The position numbers and the translations under genes were made by a program. Shown piece after piece: positions 1 through 8,233 of a stretch of 43,503 nt of DNA. The notes beneath the pieces are model-generated. The model ran no database searches, was not told the origin of the DNA, and worked only from the letters and a program-made list of their open reading frames with translations. Within the stretch, counting starts at the first letter, position 1. Every line of letters begins with the position of its first letter. The stretch is from a virus (lineage: Duplodnaviria; Caudoviricetes), in IMG/VR virus record IMGVR_UViG_3300032218_004264, positions 1 through 43,503 of that record. One strand, written 5' to 3'.

Positions 1-48
1 GGGTGGTGGGGGGGGGGGGGGCACCCGGGGGGTCCCCCCCCCGACCGA

Positions 49-300
49 TCAGTCGCGGTGGGCGATGGCGGCGATGGCGTACTCGCGCCCGTAGTCGCGC
101 ACCCACTCCTCGACCTTGCGGGTCACGGCCTTCGCCGTGAACATGATGGTGGGGACGTCGAGGGCGTAGTCCCAGACGTTGACGACATCCACGACTTCGT
201 CGAGGGCGGTCTCGTGGGCGATCTCGATGTACGGACCGCCGTGGTATGTGCCGACCCACCCGGCGAGGGTGGTGACGGTGATGGTGGCTCGTGTGGTCAT
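49..300 (-). CDS. hypothetical phage protein (83 aa)
   Basis: ATG at 300 with GGAGGAG SD upstream; motif promoter at 332-353. Confidence 0.75.
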   Translation of the reverse strand: MTTRATITVTTLAGWVGTYHGGPYIEIAHETALDEVVDVVNVWDYALDVPTIMFTAKAVTRKVEEWVRDYGREYAIAAIAHRD

Positions 301-331
301 GCGGGTCTCCTCCCGGTTCGTTGTTGAGGTT

Positions 332-353
332 ATCGTAGCACGAGGGTCGGACA
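332..353 (-). promoter_or_regulatory. motif promoter TGTCCGACCC-TCG-TGC-TACGAT
   Basis: exact 10-mer, 6 nt, then TAnnnT -10 box. Confidence 0.85.
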
Positions 354-374
354 TCGTCCGCTCGCGCTACGGGG

Positions 375-704
375 TCAGGCCGCGTTGCGGCGACAGTCGG
401 CCCGCCAGCGGTTGGCGGTCTCGTTGTCGGTCGGCGTGAGCGCGTCGAGGACCCGGACCGGGCAGCGGCGCTCGGCCGGACCCATGTCCTCGGTGATCTC
501 CTTGCGGGCGTACTCGCCGCCGGAGCGCTCCTGAAGGACCACGAGGCCGAACGTCTCGCCCGTAGCCTTGACCCGGACGGCGGCGTAGAACGTGGTGCCG
601 ACGGTGGCCGACTCGACGATCTCGTTGCGCCAGCCGAGGACCTCGCGCTGGATGTGTTCGGCGTCGGTCTCGTTGTCGTTGCGGTAGTAGGACGTCCAAC
701 CCAT
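375..704 (-). CDS. DUF6927-like protein
   Basis: MGWT start; YxRKEITEDMGPxxxxCPxxxLDxLTPT...WRxxC motif; AAGGAG SD. Confidence 0.75.
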   Translation of the reverse strand: MGWTSYYRNDNETDAEHIQREVLGWRNEIVESATVGTTFYAAVRVKATGETFGLVVLQERSGGEYARKEITEDMGPAERRCPVRVLDALTPTDNETANRWRADCRRNAA

Positions 705-748
705 CGGGGTCTCCTTGTTGGTGGGGGATGTGTTGCCCTGACCCTCGT

Positions 749-770
749 ACTGTAGCACAAGGGTCGGACA
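749..770 (-). promoter_or_regulatory. motif promoter TGTCCGACCC-TTG-TGC-TACAGT
   Basis: exact motif plus extended -10. Confidence 0.85.
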
Positions 771-773
771 ACA

Positions 774-1259
774 TCACCGGCTGGGGTAGTAGAAGGGCGT
801 CGCCGCCGGGTGGCGGCGGATGCCCGCGTTCTTCCGGCGCTCGATGACCGGCGCGTAGTGGACCGGCTCGACCGAAGCGACGTGCCGGGCGTGTTCGTTC
901 AGGAACCGGCCCACGGCGTCCACGTCGAAGCACGCTTCGGCGTAGAAGCCACACTCGTCGCAGACGAGCCGGGTGCGCGGGATCGCGACCGGCTTGGCGA
1001 GCAACGGCGTTGCGACCGGCGTGGCGGTCAGGCCCGCTTCCCAACTGTTCCACGAACCGTTGCCGAGGATCTGGTCGGCGCAGCCGTTACAGAGGATGGC
1101 TTCCTCGCCCTTGCGAGCGTTGCTCACGGCGACGGGGAGCGCGGGCACGATGACGTTGTCGTAGTCATACGTCGCGGTCCCACACTCGTCGCAGTAGAGG
1201 ACGGGCCACTCCGGCTTCCAGCCGGTGTCGGTGATGAAGGCGGTGTCGTTCTCGTTCAT
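774..1259 (-). CDS. Zn-ribbon (CxxC) hypothetical protein, probably leaderless
   Basis: CDEC/CNGC/CDEC motifs; 6 nt between -10 box TAAGGT and ATG. Confidence 0.75.
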   Translation of the reverse strand: MNENDTAFITDTGWKPEWPVLYCDECGTATYDYDNVIVPALPVAVSNARKGEEAILCNGCADQILGNGSWNSWEAGLTATPVATPLLAKPVAIPRTRLVCDECGFYAEACFDVDAVGRFLNEHARHVASVEPVHYAPVIERRKNAGIRRHPAATPFYYPSR

Positions 1260-1265
1260 ACTAAT

Positions 1266-1346
1266 ACCTTAGCATAGGGGTCGGACAACCTCGATGGTGG
1301 TCCGGGGGTACTTGCTATGTAGGTAGTGTAACAACGGGGTCGGACA
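1266..1346 (-). promoter_or_regulatory. two stacked motif promoters (1266-1287, 1325-1346)
   Basis: TGTCCGACCC-CTA-TGC-TAAGGT and TGTCCGACCC-CGT-TGT-TACACT. Confidence 0.85.
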
Positions 1347-1374
1347 ACGTATTCCCGAGCCGAGAGATTCTTCC

Positions 1375-1406
1375 TTATCCACAACCTGTGGACAACCTGT
1401 GGATAA
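1375..1406. promoter_or_regulatory. cluster of three DnaA boxes
   Basis: TTATCCACA 1375-1383, TGTGGACAA 1387-1395, TGTGGATAA 1398-1406. Confidence 0.75.
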
Positions 1407-1697
1407 CCACAACCTCAAGACAACCTCAACGTACCCGAGTGGCCGCCCCCCTCCCCTTGACCCCACGCTCGACACCACCAGCAACCCACCCTCGCCGCCG
1501 TCCCCGCCGGGAGCCCCGCAGCATCAGCCCCCGGCGGCTCAGCCCCGAGCGCCAGCGAGCCCCCGGGGCTCTCGTCACCCTCGTCATCTCCCGGGGCTCG
1601 CCGCCACGCTGACTCGCCTTGACGCGACCAGCACGGCCCCGCTAACTTGTTGTTCGTCCCCGGAGTCTCCTGCCCGATTCGTCGAGGACACGACAAC

Positions 1698-1734
1698 GGC
1701 GCACCCTTCGTCTGAGGAGGCAGAGGGTGCGCCG
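1698..1734. terminator. GC-rich hairpin, probable terminator
   Basis: GGCGCACCCT...AGGGTGCGCC just downstream of the leftward DUF3846 gene. Confidence 0.5.
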
Positions 1735-1766
1735 TGTCGCGTGTTGCTTGGTTGTGAGTGTGGGGA

Positions 1767-2141
1767 TCAGCCGATGAGGAAGTCCTGCGGATCCATCCGG
1801 AGGCTCGTCGTGGCGAGCATCAGGGCGAGGGTCTCCGGCCGGATGTCGGCGTCGTACCCCTCGAAGTCCACCGGGCCGGTGATGACCATCGGCCCGACGA
1901 GCATCCGGTCGAACCACGCCGGAGCGTAGGGGTTCAGCGGCATCCCGATGAGTAGCCCCTCGTCGTTGACGTAGAGGCTGTCCCCGTTGGGGGACGCTGC
2001 GACGTCGAACCAGCCGCCGACGATCTCACGGGCTCGGTCGCCGAAGGCGGCGCGGGTGGTGGTTTCGATGCGGCCGATCCAGCGGCCGTCGTCGTCCTGT
2101 TCGATCACGCCGAAGCGGATCGTTTCCTGTTCGCGAGTCAT
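1767..2141 (-). CDS. DUF3846 domain protein
   Basis: IVGG...LYVNDEGLLxGMPLN...LVGPMVITG pattern; GGAG SD. Confidence 0.8.
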   Translation of the reverse strand: MTREQETIRFGVIEQDDDGRWIGRIETTTRAAFGDRAREIVGGWFDVAASPNGDSLYVNDEGLLIGMPLNPYAPAWFDRMLVGPMVITGPVDFEGYDADIRPETLALMLATTSLRMDPQDFLIG

Positions 2142-2224
2142 AGGGTTCTCCTGAGTCTGGATAGGGGTGGGCCCGCTCCGGGTGGAGCGGGCGGGTCGTG
2201 CGAAGGTGGAGGGCGGTCTCCCGG

Positions 2225-2536
2225 TCAGGCTGCCTTGCGGCGAGCCTGCCGGGGACCGTTGCCCTTGTGGGGGTCTCGGTAGTCCGTCGTGCCGTGGAAG
2301 AACACCGTGGGGACGATGCGGCGGGCGACGTCCACCACGGCGACCATTCCGTTGCGGACGAGTCGGTACTGATTCGGGTACCGATCGTCCTTCGCGGCGT
2401 ACACCATCTCGGGCTGTTCGAGGGCGGCTCGGAGGGCTTCGAGGGCGAAGCCTCGATCGGCGAGCCGCTGCTGCGCGTGCCGGGTGATGTGGACGTCTTC
2501 GAAGCGGATTCCTGCGAACGGGTCGAGGGTCGGCAT
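2225..2536 (-). CDS. DUF4258 family (RelE-like fold) protein, copy 1
   Basis: ITRHAQQRLADRG...ALEQPE...VVD...VPTVF; AAGGAG SD. Confidence 0.75.
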   Translation of the reverse strand: MPTLDPFAGIRFEDVHITRHAQQRLADRGFALEALRAALEQPEMVYAAKDDRYPNQYRLVRNGMVAVVDVARRIVPTVFFHGTTDYRDPHKGNGPRQARRKAA

Positions 2537-2576
2537 CTGGCTGGTCTCCTTACTAGGTGGTCCGTTACTAAGATCT

Positions 2577-2605
2577 ATGATAGCAGAGGGGTCGGACAAG
2601 GTCTA
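2577..2605 (-). promoter_or_regulatory. motif promoter TAGACC-T-TGTCCGACCC-CTC-TGC-TATCAT
   Basis: exact motif; -35-like TAGACC at 17-bp spacing. Confidence 0.85.
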
Positions 2606-2620
2606 GCGGGGGAGGGTGGC

Positions 2621-2794
2621 TCAGTAGGCCACCCGCCCCCGGCACGCTCGCCGGTCGGCTTCCTTGCGCCGGTCGGCGAACCGGACCGCCCGCTGCTTGC
2701 GGCCGTCGCGCAGGGCGGCGACCACCTCAGCGTGGCGACGCTCACGGGCGACGTCCACGATCAGCGGGGTCGGGTTCTTGCGGTTCTTCTTCAT
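2621..2794 (-). CDS. Arg-rich 57-aa peptide, copy 1 (not in ORF track)
   Basis: MKKNRKNPTPLIVDVARERRHAEVVAALRDGRKQRAVRFADRRKEADRRACRGRVAY; GAAGGA SD; paralog at 9557-9733. Confidence 0.8.
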   Translation of the reverse strand: MKKNRKNPTPLIVDVARERRHAEVVAALRDGRKQRAVRFADRRKEADRRACRGRVAY

Positions 2795-2823
2795 CGGGGT
2801 TCCTTCCCTGAGGTTCTGGATGT

Positions 2824-2845
2824 ATCGTATCAGGTGGGTCGGACA
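2824..2845 (-). promoter_or_regulatory. motif promoter TGTCCGACCC-ACC-TGA-TACGAT
   Basis: exact motif plus extended -10. Confidence 0.85.
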
Positions 2846-2851
2846 ACGTCC

Positions 2852-2992
2852 TCAGACGTCGTCCCTCCACCCCTCGTCGTACCGGACGTCGGCGGCGGCG
2901 AAGCCCCACCCGAAGTCCTCGAAGTCGAGGATCTCGAAGTCCTCGGGCTCGTTCTCCGGGTCGAACTCCATCTCGGTCAGCGAGTCGGACAT
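2852..2992 (-). CDS. acidic 46-aa peptide, copy 1 (not in ORF track)
   Basis: MSDSLTEMEFDPENEPEDFEILDFEDFGWGFAAADVRYDEGWRDDV; AAGGAG SD; paralog at 11374-11553. Confidence 0.8.
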   Translation of the reverse strand: MSDSLTEMEFDPENEPEDFEILDFEDFGWGFAAADVRYDEGWRDDV

Positions 2993-3030
2993 CTGGCTGG
3001 TCTCCTTGTTCGGTAGTAGGTGATGCACCT

Positions 3031-3190
3031 ATTGTAACAACGGGGTGGGACAACCTATTCCCATCCCTCCGGGTTTCTTGCTCCCCGGTAATGACTATGG
3101 TATCAGGGGGGTCGGACACGGTCGCCCGACCTCCCCCGGAAGGGTGCCTCCCTCCCGTGTATGGAATCATAGTAGCATAGGGGTCGGACA
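3031..3190 (-). promoter_or_regulatory. three stacked motif promoters (3031-3052 variant TGTCCC, 3097-3118, 3169-3190)
   Basis: -10 boxes TACAAT, TACCAT, TACTAT, each 6 nt after the 10-mer. Confidence 0.85.
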
Positions 3191-3223
3191 ACCTCCAGCA
3201 CCCGGATCGGCTACCCTCCCCGG

Positions 3224-3448
3224 ATGCCCTTCGACCCGAGCGCCGCCGTTTACCGCTGCGACTACTGCCAGCAGCCATTACGTCCAGACACCCTCGGGGT
3301 CGCCCGTCGAGTCACCGGCTGGGTCGAGAACCGCAAGAACGGCGGAGCCAACGCCATCCGCTACCCCGAAGCCCCGACCGGGTACGCCCACATCGTCTGC
3401 CTCGACGCCGCCAAGCACCCCAGCGCCACAGCCCCGTCGCTGTTCTGA
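3224..3448 (+). CDS. small Zn-binding hypothetical protein
   Basis: CDYC...HxxC motifs; fills gap between promoter stack and terminator. Confidence 0.6.
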   Translation: MPFDPSAAVYRCDYCQQPLRPDTLGVARRVTGWVENRKNGGANAIRYPEAPTGYAHIVCLDAAKHPSATAPSLF

Positions 3449-3531
3449 CCACCCCGGGGCTCTCGAGGGCCTCCACCCCCGGCGGGGCCCCCGGCCCCTC
3501 GGCGCTCGAGCAGTTCGTCTCCAGACGCGAA

Positions 3532-3562
3532 GAAGCCCCCACCCGGGCAGGGCGAGGGCTTC
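3532..3562. terminator. hairpin between convergent genes
   Basis: GAAGCCC...GGGCTTC inverted repeat. Confidence 0.5.
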
Positions 3563-3584
3563 GTTCGTGGAGCGGCTGGGGGGA

Positions 3585-3788
3585 TCAGCAGTCTTCGGTG
3601 ATGGCGATCCGGCGGATGACGTCTTCGCCGGGGATCATCCCGAGGGACGAGCCGTCGTCCCACTCGATGTGGACGGTGCCGGAGTCGTCCACGATCCCGA
3701 CGGTTCCGGCTGTGCCCGGCTTCAGCCGGGTGTACGGGTCGTTGGTGTGGACGAGGACGACACGGTCGCCCTTCTGGTAGAGGGCCAT
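3585..3788 (-). CDS. DUF4314 domain protein
   Basis: GDRVVLVHTNDPY..LKPGTxGTV..VDDxGTVHxxWDDGSSLGMIPGED pattern. Confidence 0.85.
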   Translation of the reverse strand: MALYQKGDRVVLVHTNDPYTRLKPGTAGTVGIVDDSGTVHIEWDDGSSLGMIPGEDVIRRIAITEDC

Positions 3789-3830
3789 GTGTTGCTCCTG
3801 TCGGTGAGGGTTGTGAAGGTGGACCCGTCC

Positions 3831-4118
3831 TCAGAAGTAGGACGGGTGTTCGACGGCGTACTGATGGTTCCACGCTTGCGTACAGCGGGGGCACCAGCGG
3901 CCGTCGGCTTCCTCTACGTCGGGGACGAACGTCTCGTCGCACTCGGCGCAGGGGACCGGGATCTCGGGGAACCGCGGCTCCTCGGCTCGGCAGTCGAAGC
4001 AGAAGCCTGCCTCGTCGAAGAAGTGGATGCCGTCTTCGGCGGTACACCCTGCGTGGTGAGCGGCGAGTGCGGCGGCGAGTCGGGCGATGTTCTTGGAGGT
4101 GGTGCTGTCGTTGTCCAT
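3831..4118 (-). CDS. Zn-finger hypothetical protein, probably leaderless
   Basis: CFDC, CAEC, CPRC; 6 nt between -10 TACAGT and ATG. Confidence 0.7.
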   Translation of the reverse strand: MDNDSTTSKNIARLAAALAAHHAGCTAEDGIHFFDEAGFCFDCRAEEPRFPEIPVPCAECDETFVPDVEEADGRWCPRCTQAWNHQYAVEHPSYF

Positions 4119-4124
4119 GTAGAT

Positions 4125-4146
4125 ACTGTAGCACAGGGGTCGGACA
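4125..4146 (-). promoter_or_regulatory. motif promoter TGTCCGACCC-CTG-TGC-TACAGT
   Basis: exact motif. Confidence 0.85.
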
Positions 4147-4168
4147 CACACAAGTCGAAGGACCGGAC

Positions 4169-4197
4169 TTGACCTTGTCCTACCCCCGTGGTATGAT
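4169..4197 (+). promoter_or_regulatory. divergent promoter TTGACC-17-TATGAT with variant motif TGTCCTACCC
   Basis: canonical -35/-10 with the motif in the spacer. Confidence 0.85.
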
Positions 4198-4230
4198 GTC
4201 TCTGTTGGATCGAACAGGGAGGACGGCTCC

Positions 4231-4443
4231 ATGACCGCACACGACCAATGGCTCGAACGCCCCTACCACGAAGCCGACACCCGGCTCGCCGCCTACGAGC
4301 GGTACTGCGAAGCCAACGGGTACGACTTCGACGACCCGGCAGCAGAAGCCGCCTTCACCAACCACATCGCCCAGATCGAAGCAGCAGCAGAAGCCGAGAT
4401 CGAAGCAGCCCTAGCAGGCGACCCCCACCGAGAGGACGCCTGA
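4231..4443 (+). CDS. acidic hypothetical protein
   Basis: GGAGG SD; own promoter. Confidence 0.75.
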   Translation: MTAHDQWLERPYHEADTRLAAYERYCEANGYDFDDPAAEAAFTNHIAQIEAAAEAEIEAALAGDPHREDA

Positions 4444-4552
4444 TCTCCAGCAACACCCACCGACGGCCCCCCGCACGCACCAGCGACGGGGGGCCGCTTC
4501 GCGCCCGGACCCGCCCCGCTCAACGACCCCTCGAGCCCGGGGCTCGCCCGCT

Positions 4553-4924
4553 CTAATCCCGGTTGCGCCGCCAGTGTCGCCGGGAGCCCCGGAACCGCTC
4601 GTGCCTCTCGTCGGGGCTCGCCGCCGTCCGCTCCCGCCAGACGAGTTCCTCGGGAGGGGTGAAGCCGCCGACGATCTGATGGTCGCTGTCGAACAGCACC
4701 CAGATCCCCTCGGCGAGACCGTCCAAGGCTCCGACGATCGGGTCGGCGAGGACGGTCTGGTCGCACACTTCGATCTCCCATCCGCCGAGTCCGGCGGCGG
4801 GCAGCCCGGCGAACGGGGGGCGGCTCGCTGTGGGGGCGGTGTGCCGTGGGGTGGGGCTGGGTCCACCCGCTGTCCGGCAACGCAGGATCAGCGTGGCGTA
4901 GTTGCTGTAGGCCCATTCGGTCAC
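4553..4924 (-). CDS. hypothetical protein
   Basis: GTG start with AGAGGGGG SD-like sequence; plausible composition. Confidence 0.5.
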   Translation of the reverse strand: MTEWAYSNYATLILRCRTAGGPSPTPRHTAPTASRPPFAGLPAAGLGGWEIEVCDQTVLADPIVGALDGLAEGIWVLFDSDHQIVGGFTPPEELVWRERTAASPDERHERFRGSRRHWRRNRD

Positions 4925-5080
4925 GGATGTCCCCCTCTGGATCGGCTGGTGCGGGGGTGCACCCTAAGGGGTAATGGCGTCGGCGTCAACGGTATCCGGG
5001 ATCCCGGTGTCCGGGCGCGACGAAGCGGCCCCCGGAGGGGCCGCTCTGCGGTGTGCCTGCGTGTGCCTGTGGGCGGGGGA

Positions 5081-5578
5081 TCAGTCTCCGAACCACACCT
5101 TCCGGCACTCCGGGCCGATGCCCAGCCGACGGCTCTCCTCGTCAGTCAGGCGGCGGTTACAGGCGCAGCACCGGCCGATCTCCTGACCGTACCGGGGACC
5201 GGCCTCGCTGTCGGCGAGGATCCGGGCGAGGATGCCCGGCACGGCCTCGCGGGCGACGCGCTGGTCGCCCTGCCCGCCGATCACGCGCTTCAGGAACGTG
5301 TACCCGGCCCAGCGGCCCTTCTCCGGGCGGTCGACCCGGTAGAAGTCCAAGTCGTTGTGCCCGGACGCGCAGCCGATGGCGTAGTACCCGGCGCGCACGT
5401 CGGGAAGCGCCGGGCGGGCGGGGGCGGCCTTCGGGGGCGGGCAGTCGCCGATGTGGTCGGCGGCCCACTTGCCGTTGGCGGCCTTGGCGAGCGCGCCAGC
5501 GTTGGCGTCGACCCAGCCGTCACAGCGGACGCAGCGGGCGGGGTAGCGGTTCGGGCGGATGGTGCGGGTCGGGTTCAC
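5081..5578 (-). CDS. DUF6011 domain protein
   Basis: C-terminal CCACNRRLTDEESRRLGIGPEC; GTG start after GGAGG. Confidence 0.85.
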   Translation of the reverse strand: MNPTRTIRPNRYPARCVRCDGWVDANAGALAKAANGKWAADHIGDCPPPKAAPARPALPDVRAGYYAIGCASGHNDLDFYRVDRPEKGRWAGYTFLKRVIGGQGDQRVAREAVPGILARILADSEAGPRYGQEIGRCCACNRRLTDEESRRLGIGPECRKVWFGD

Positions 5579-5627
5579 TTGGGCCTCCTGAGGCTCGGGG
5601 GTGGGGGGTGGTCTCGCTGATGTAGGT

Positions 5628-5649
5628 ACTGTAACAGGGGGGTCGGACA
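5628..5649 (-). promoter_or_regulatory. motif promoter TGTCCGACCC-CCC-TGT-TACAGT
   Basis: exact motif. Confidence 0.85.
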
Positions 5650-5666
5650 TCCTCGCCCCCTGCGGA

Positions 5667-6002
5667 TCAGTACCCTTCGGGCTGGGTCAGGGCGTACAGC
5701 CACTCAGCCTCGTCAGCGACCGGCGTGCCCCAGAGGGCCTCCGGGAACAGCCCGGCATTCTCGCCGTCGCTGCCGTAGTACGCCCGGCTCTCCTGCCACG
5801 CGTACAGGAAGCCAGCCAAGTGCCCGAGCATCTGGTCGGCATCGTCGGCAACGTGCCCCTCCAAGTCGCTCCCGGTGTGGACCGTCTTGCCGTCAACGGC
5901 GATCGTGTACGTCCAGCGGCGGCGGTGCCCGCCGTCGACGGTCGGACCGGCGGTCACGGTGAGGGTCACTCGCTCTGCGGTGAGGTGGGCGGTCGTCAGC
6001 AT
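5667..6002 (-). CDS. hypothetical protein (111 aa)
   Basis: AGGAG SD before ATG at 6002; own promoter. Confidence 0.75.
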   Translation of the reverse strand: MLTTAHLTAERVTLTVTAGPTVDGGHRRRWTYTIAVDGKTVHTGSDLEGHVADDADQMLGHLAGFLYAWQESRAYYGSDGENAGLFPEALWGTPVADEAEWLYALTQPEGY

Positions 6003-6044
6003 CTGGGGTCTCCTGTGGTCTGGGGGTGTGGGCTGATGGAACCT

Positions 6045-6066
6045 ACTGTAACAGGGGGGTCGGACA
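6045..6066 (-). promoter_or_regulatory. motif promoter TGTCCGACCC-CCC-TGT-TACAGT
   Basis: exact motif; identical to the 5628 copy. Confidence 0.85.
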
Positions 6067-6373
6067 TCCTCTACCGGAGGGGTCCGAGCGCCACTCGACA
6101 TCCGAGCGCTCCTCGACACCGGGCCGCCCGCCCACGAGCGCCAGCGAGCGCCAGCGAGCGCACGGGCGCACGGGCGCACGGGGCCGCGCCCCCGCACGGG
6201 CGCGCAGCCCCGCAGGGGCCTCATCGAGCGCAGCGAGCAGGCCCGGGACTCGCCGTCTGCCACACGCCGTCCGCCGCCCCGCACGGCATCGCACCTCAGC
6301 GGGGCCCCCGCCCCCACACGCGAGAACGCCCCCTTGAGAAGAGGAGGGCGGTTGTTCTGAAGAGACCGATCTC

Positions 6374-6577
6374 TCAGTCGTGGTTCTGGCACTTCGCGTG
6401 CGCTCGATCCAAGTGCGTCAGCCGAGCGTTGTCGTCGGACCGGACCTTGTCGAGCAACCCGCACGCTGGACAGGACACGCGACATACCGTGCTGACCACG
6501 ATGCGCTCGCGAGCGAAGTCCCAACCCAAGTCGGGTCGAGAGTCGGGAGTGATGATGAGGTTGGGATAAGTCGTCAT
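6374..6577 (-). CDS. small C2H2-like Zn-binding protein
   Basis: CPAC...HxxxxH; GAGGA SD. Confidence 0.65.
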   Translation of the reverse strand: MTTYPNLIITPDSRPDLGWDFARERIVVSTVCRVSCPACGLLDKVRSDDNARLTHLDRAHAKCQNHD

Positions 6578-6585
6578 TCGAGTCC

Positions 6586-7158
6586 TCAGTAGTCGTCGTA
6601 GTAGTCGTCGTCGCAGTACCGATGATGGTCGTACTCACACTCGCACAGCAGGATGCCGCACGGCTGGCACCGACGGTAGAGCGGCTTGCGGTGATCTCGG
6701 TCGGAGGGGTGGTAGCGGCGCGCCGGAGTCCCGTCGCAGGCGTCGTGCCCACGGTGGGCGTCGGCGACCGTCCAGTGGTCGTCGGCGTCCATCCGCTCCT
6801 CCCACTGGGAGAGGGGCGCGAGTTCCTGCCCGGACAGGTTGTAGTTGCGACCGCAGTCGCAACCGCACCCGTACCCGTGGTCGTAGTCGAGCCACACGGT
6901 CCGACCGCAGACGCACTCGCCGCTCGCCGGGGTCGTGTGCCGGTACGACCTGTCCACGATGCCGAAGTCGAGCACCTCGCCGGTGGCGGAGAGCGCCACG
7001 CACAGGGCGTAGTTCTCGACCGCGGTGTCCGGGATGTCGGGGTTGCCGTCGGCGTCGCAGGGGAACGTGAACCCGCTGCCGGGCTGCCCGGCCCACTCGA
7101 ACTCGCGGGCGTAGCAGGTAACGATCGTGGTGCGACTGGGGACGATGTTCTTGAGCAT
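6586..7158 (-). CDS. Cys-rich multi-Zn-ribbon hypothetical protein
   Basis: GAGGAGG SD; CVCG, CDCG, CQPC, CEC motifs. Confidence 0.75.
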   Translation of the reverse strand: MLKNIVPSRTTIVTCYAREFEWAGQPGSGFTFPCDADGNPDIPDTAVENYALCVALSATGEVLDFGIVDRSYRHTTPASGECVCGRTVWLDYDHGYGCGCDCGRNYNLSGQELAPLSQWEERMDADDHWTVADAHRGHDACDGTPARRYHPSDRDHRKPLYRRCQPCGILLCECEYDHHRYCDDDYYDDY

Positions 7159-7267
7159 TTGCCCTCCTCGGGCTGGCGGGTGAGGCGGCGGGATTGCCGT
7201 TCTCACACCCGGAAGAACCCCGGCCACTCTCCTCGTGTTGCGAGGAAAGCGCCGGGGTGCTGCCGGA

Positions 7268-7414
7268 CTAGCGGGGGTAGCCCGTTTCGAGCCACTCGTC
7301 CCACGTCATCGGCGGCGTGGTCGGGTCGTCGTGTTCGGCGACGTACTTGTCGTAGGCCGTTTCGAGGCGGGCCATCGTCGCGTCGGACGGTTCGTTCTCG
7401 TAGGGGTTGCGCAT
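7268..7414 (-). CDS. acidic 48-aa peptide
   Basis: MRNPYENEPSD...WDEWLETGYPR; GGAGG SD. Confidence 0.65.
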   Translation of the reverse strand: MRNPYENEPSDATMARLETAYDKYVAEHDDPTTPPMTWDEWLETGYPR

Positions 7415-7505
7415 CGGTCCTCCCGGTGTGCGGCGGATGGGGCTTACACGGGGAAGAACCCCGACCACTCCCCGGATGTTGCGGGAAGGGTCGAGGTTCG
7501 CCCGG

Positions 7506-7736
7506 TCAGGCGCTGGTCCGGATGATCTGGAGCCAGTCGATGTGGCCACCGATGGCCACCCTGAGGATCGCGACGTAGGCGTCGATCGCTCCGGCGTGGT
7601 ACCGGCGGTCGATGTCCGAGCCGCCCTCACGGAGCGTGCGCTCGTGGAATTGAGCGTTCTGAAGGGCCTTCTCGGCGACCTCGTCGCGCACCTTGTCGGC
7701 GGCGGCGATCTCGCGTTGCGTTGCTGTGGGGTTCAC
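7506..7736 (-). CDS. hypothetical protein
   Basis: GTG start, AAGGAG SD, own promoter. Confidence 0.75.
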   Translation of the reverse strand: MNPTATQREIAAADKVRDEVAEKALQNAQFHERTLREGGSDIDRRYHAGAIDAYVAILRVAIGGHIDWLQIIRTSA

Positions 7737-7768
7737 GGCGTCTCCTTCGGTCTGGTGCTGATGAAGTC

Positions 7769-7797
7769 AGTATAGCATAGGGGTCGGACAAGGTCAA
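7769..7797 (-). promoter_or_regulatory. TTGACC-T-TGTCCGACCC-CTA-TGC-TATACT promoter
   Basis: near-consensus SigA promoter with exact motif in 17-bp spacer. Confidence 0.9.
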
Positions 7798-7800
7798 GGA

Positions 7801-8037
7801 TTACCACGAGCGCCACGACCGGCCCCAGCGCGGGGACGTCGAGCGCAAGTATCGAGCGATCGTCGGAAGCGGCCGCTCCAGAATCTCCGGCACCACCAAG
7901 TGAACGGCGACGTCGATCCAGCGAATGAACCGGCACGGCGACCCGAACCGGAACCGGCTCACGGGGACTTGCTCCGCGACGGCGGCCACGGCGAGGGTCT
8001 CTCGCAGGTTCAGGCTCTCGGTCAGGTAGTAGGTCAT
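7801..8037 (-). CDS. hypothetical protein, probably leaderless
   Basis: 6 nt between -10 TACAGT and ATG. Confidence 0.65.
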   Translation of the reverse strand: MTYYLTESLNLRETLAVAAVAEQVPVSRFRFGSPCRFIRWIDVAVHLVVPEILERPLPTIARYLRSTSPRWGRSWRSW

Positions 8038-8043
8038 ACCGCT

Positions 8044-8065
8044 ACTGTAACTAGGGGGTCGGACA
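8044..8065 (-). promoter_or_regulatory. motif promoter TGTCCGACCC-CCT-AGT-TACAGT
   Basis: exact motif. Confidence 0.85.
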
Positions 8066-8072
8066 AGGTCCG

Positions 8073-8198
8073 TCAGCGACGGGGATCGTAGGGCGGCCGT
8101 CGTCGAGCGGCGCGCCGGTCTAGCGTTGTGATGACGGTGATGGTGGCCGTGAGTACGGTAGCGCCGATGCCCACGGCGATGAGAGCATCTATCAACAT
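8073..8198 (-). CDS. 41-aa single-pass membrane peptide, probably leaderless
   Basis: MLIDALIAVGIGATVLTATITVITTLDRRAARRR; 6 nt between TATAGT and ATG. Confidence 0.7.
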   Translation of the reverse strand: MLIDALIAVGIGATVLTATITVITTLDRRAARRRPPYDPRR

Positions 8199-8204
8199 AC
8201 CTAC

Positions 8205-8233
8205 ACTATAGCACACGGGTCGGACACAGTCAA
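8205..8233 (-). promoter_or_regulatory. TTGACT-G-TGTCCGACCC-GTG-TGC-TATAGT promoter
   Basis: -35/-10 with 17-bp spacer containing the exact motif. Confidence 0.9.

Noticed and set aside
1-46. Long G/C homopolymer hairpin at the window start
   Set aside because: Probably a terminator stem with unreliable homopolymer calls at the sequence edge; not interpretable.
3031-3190. Repeats at 53-72 bp spacing resembling a CRISPR mini-array
   Set aside because: Only 10 bp are invariant, each copy carries a -10 box at fixed distance, most copies are isolated upstream of genes, and no cas gene is visible.
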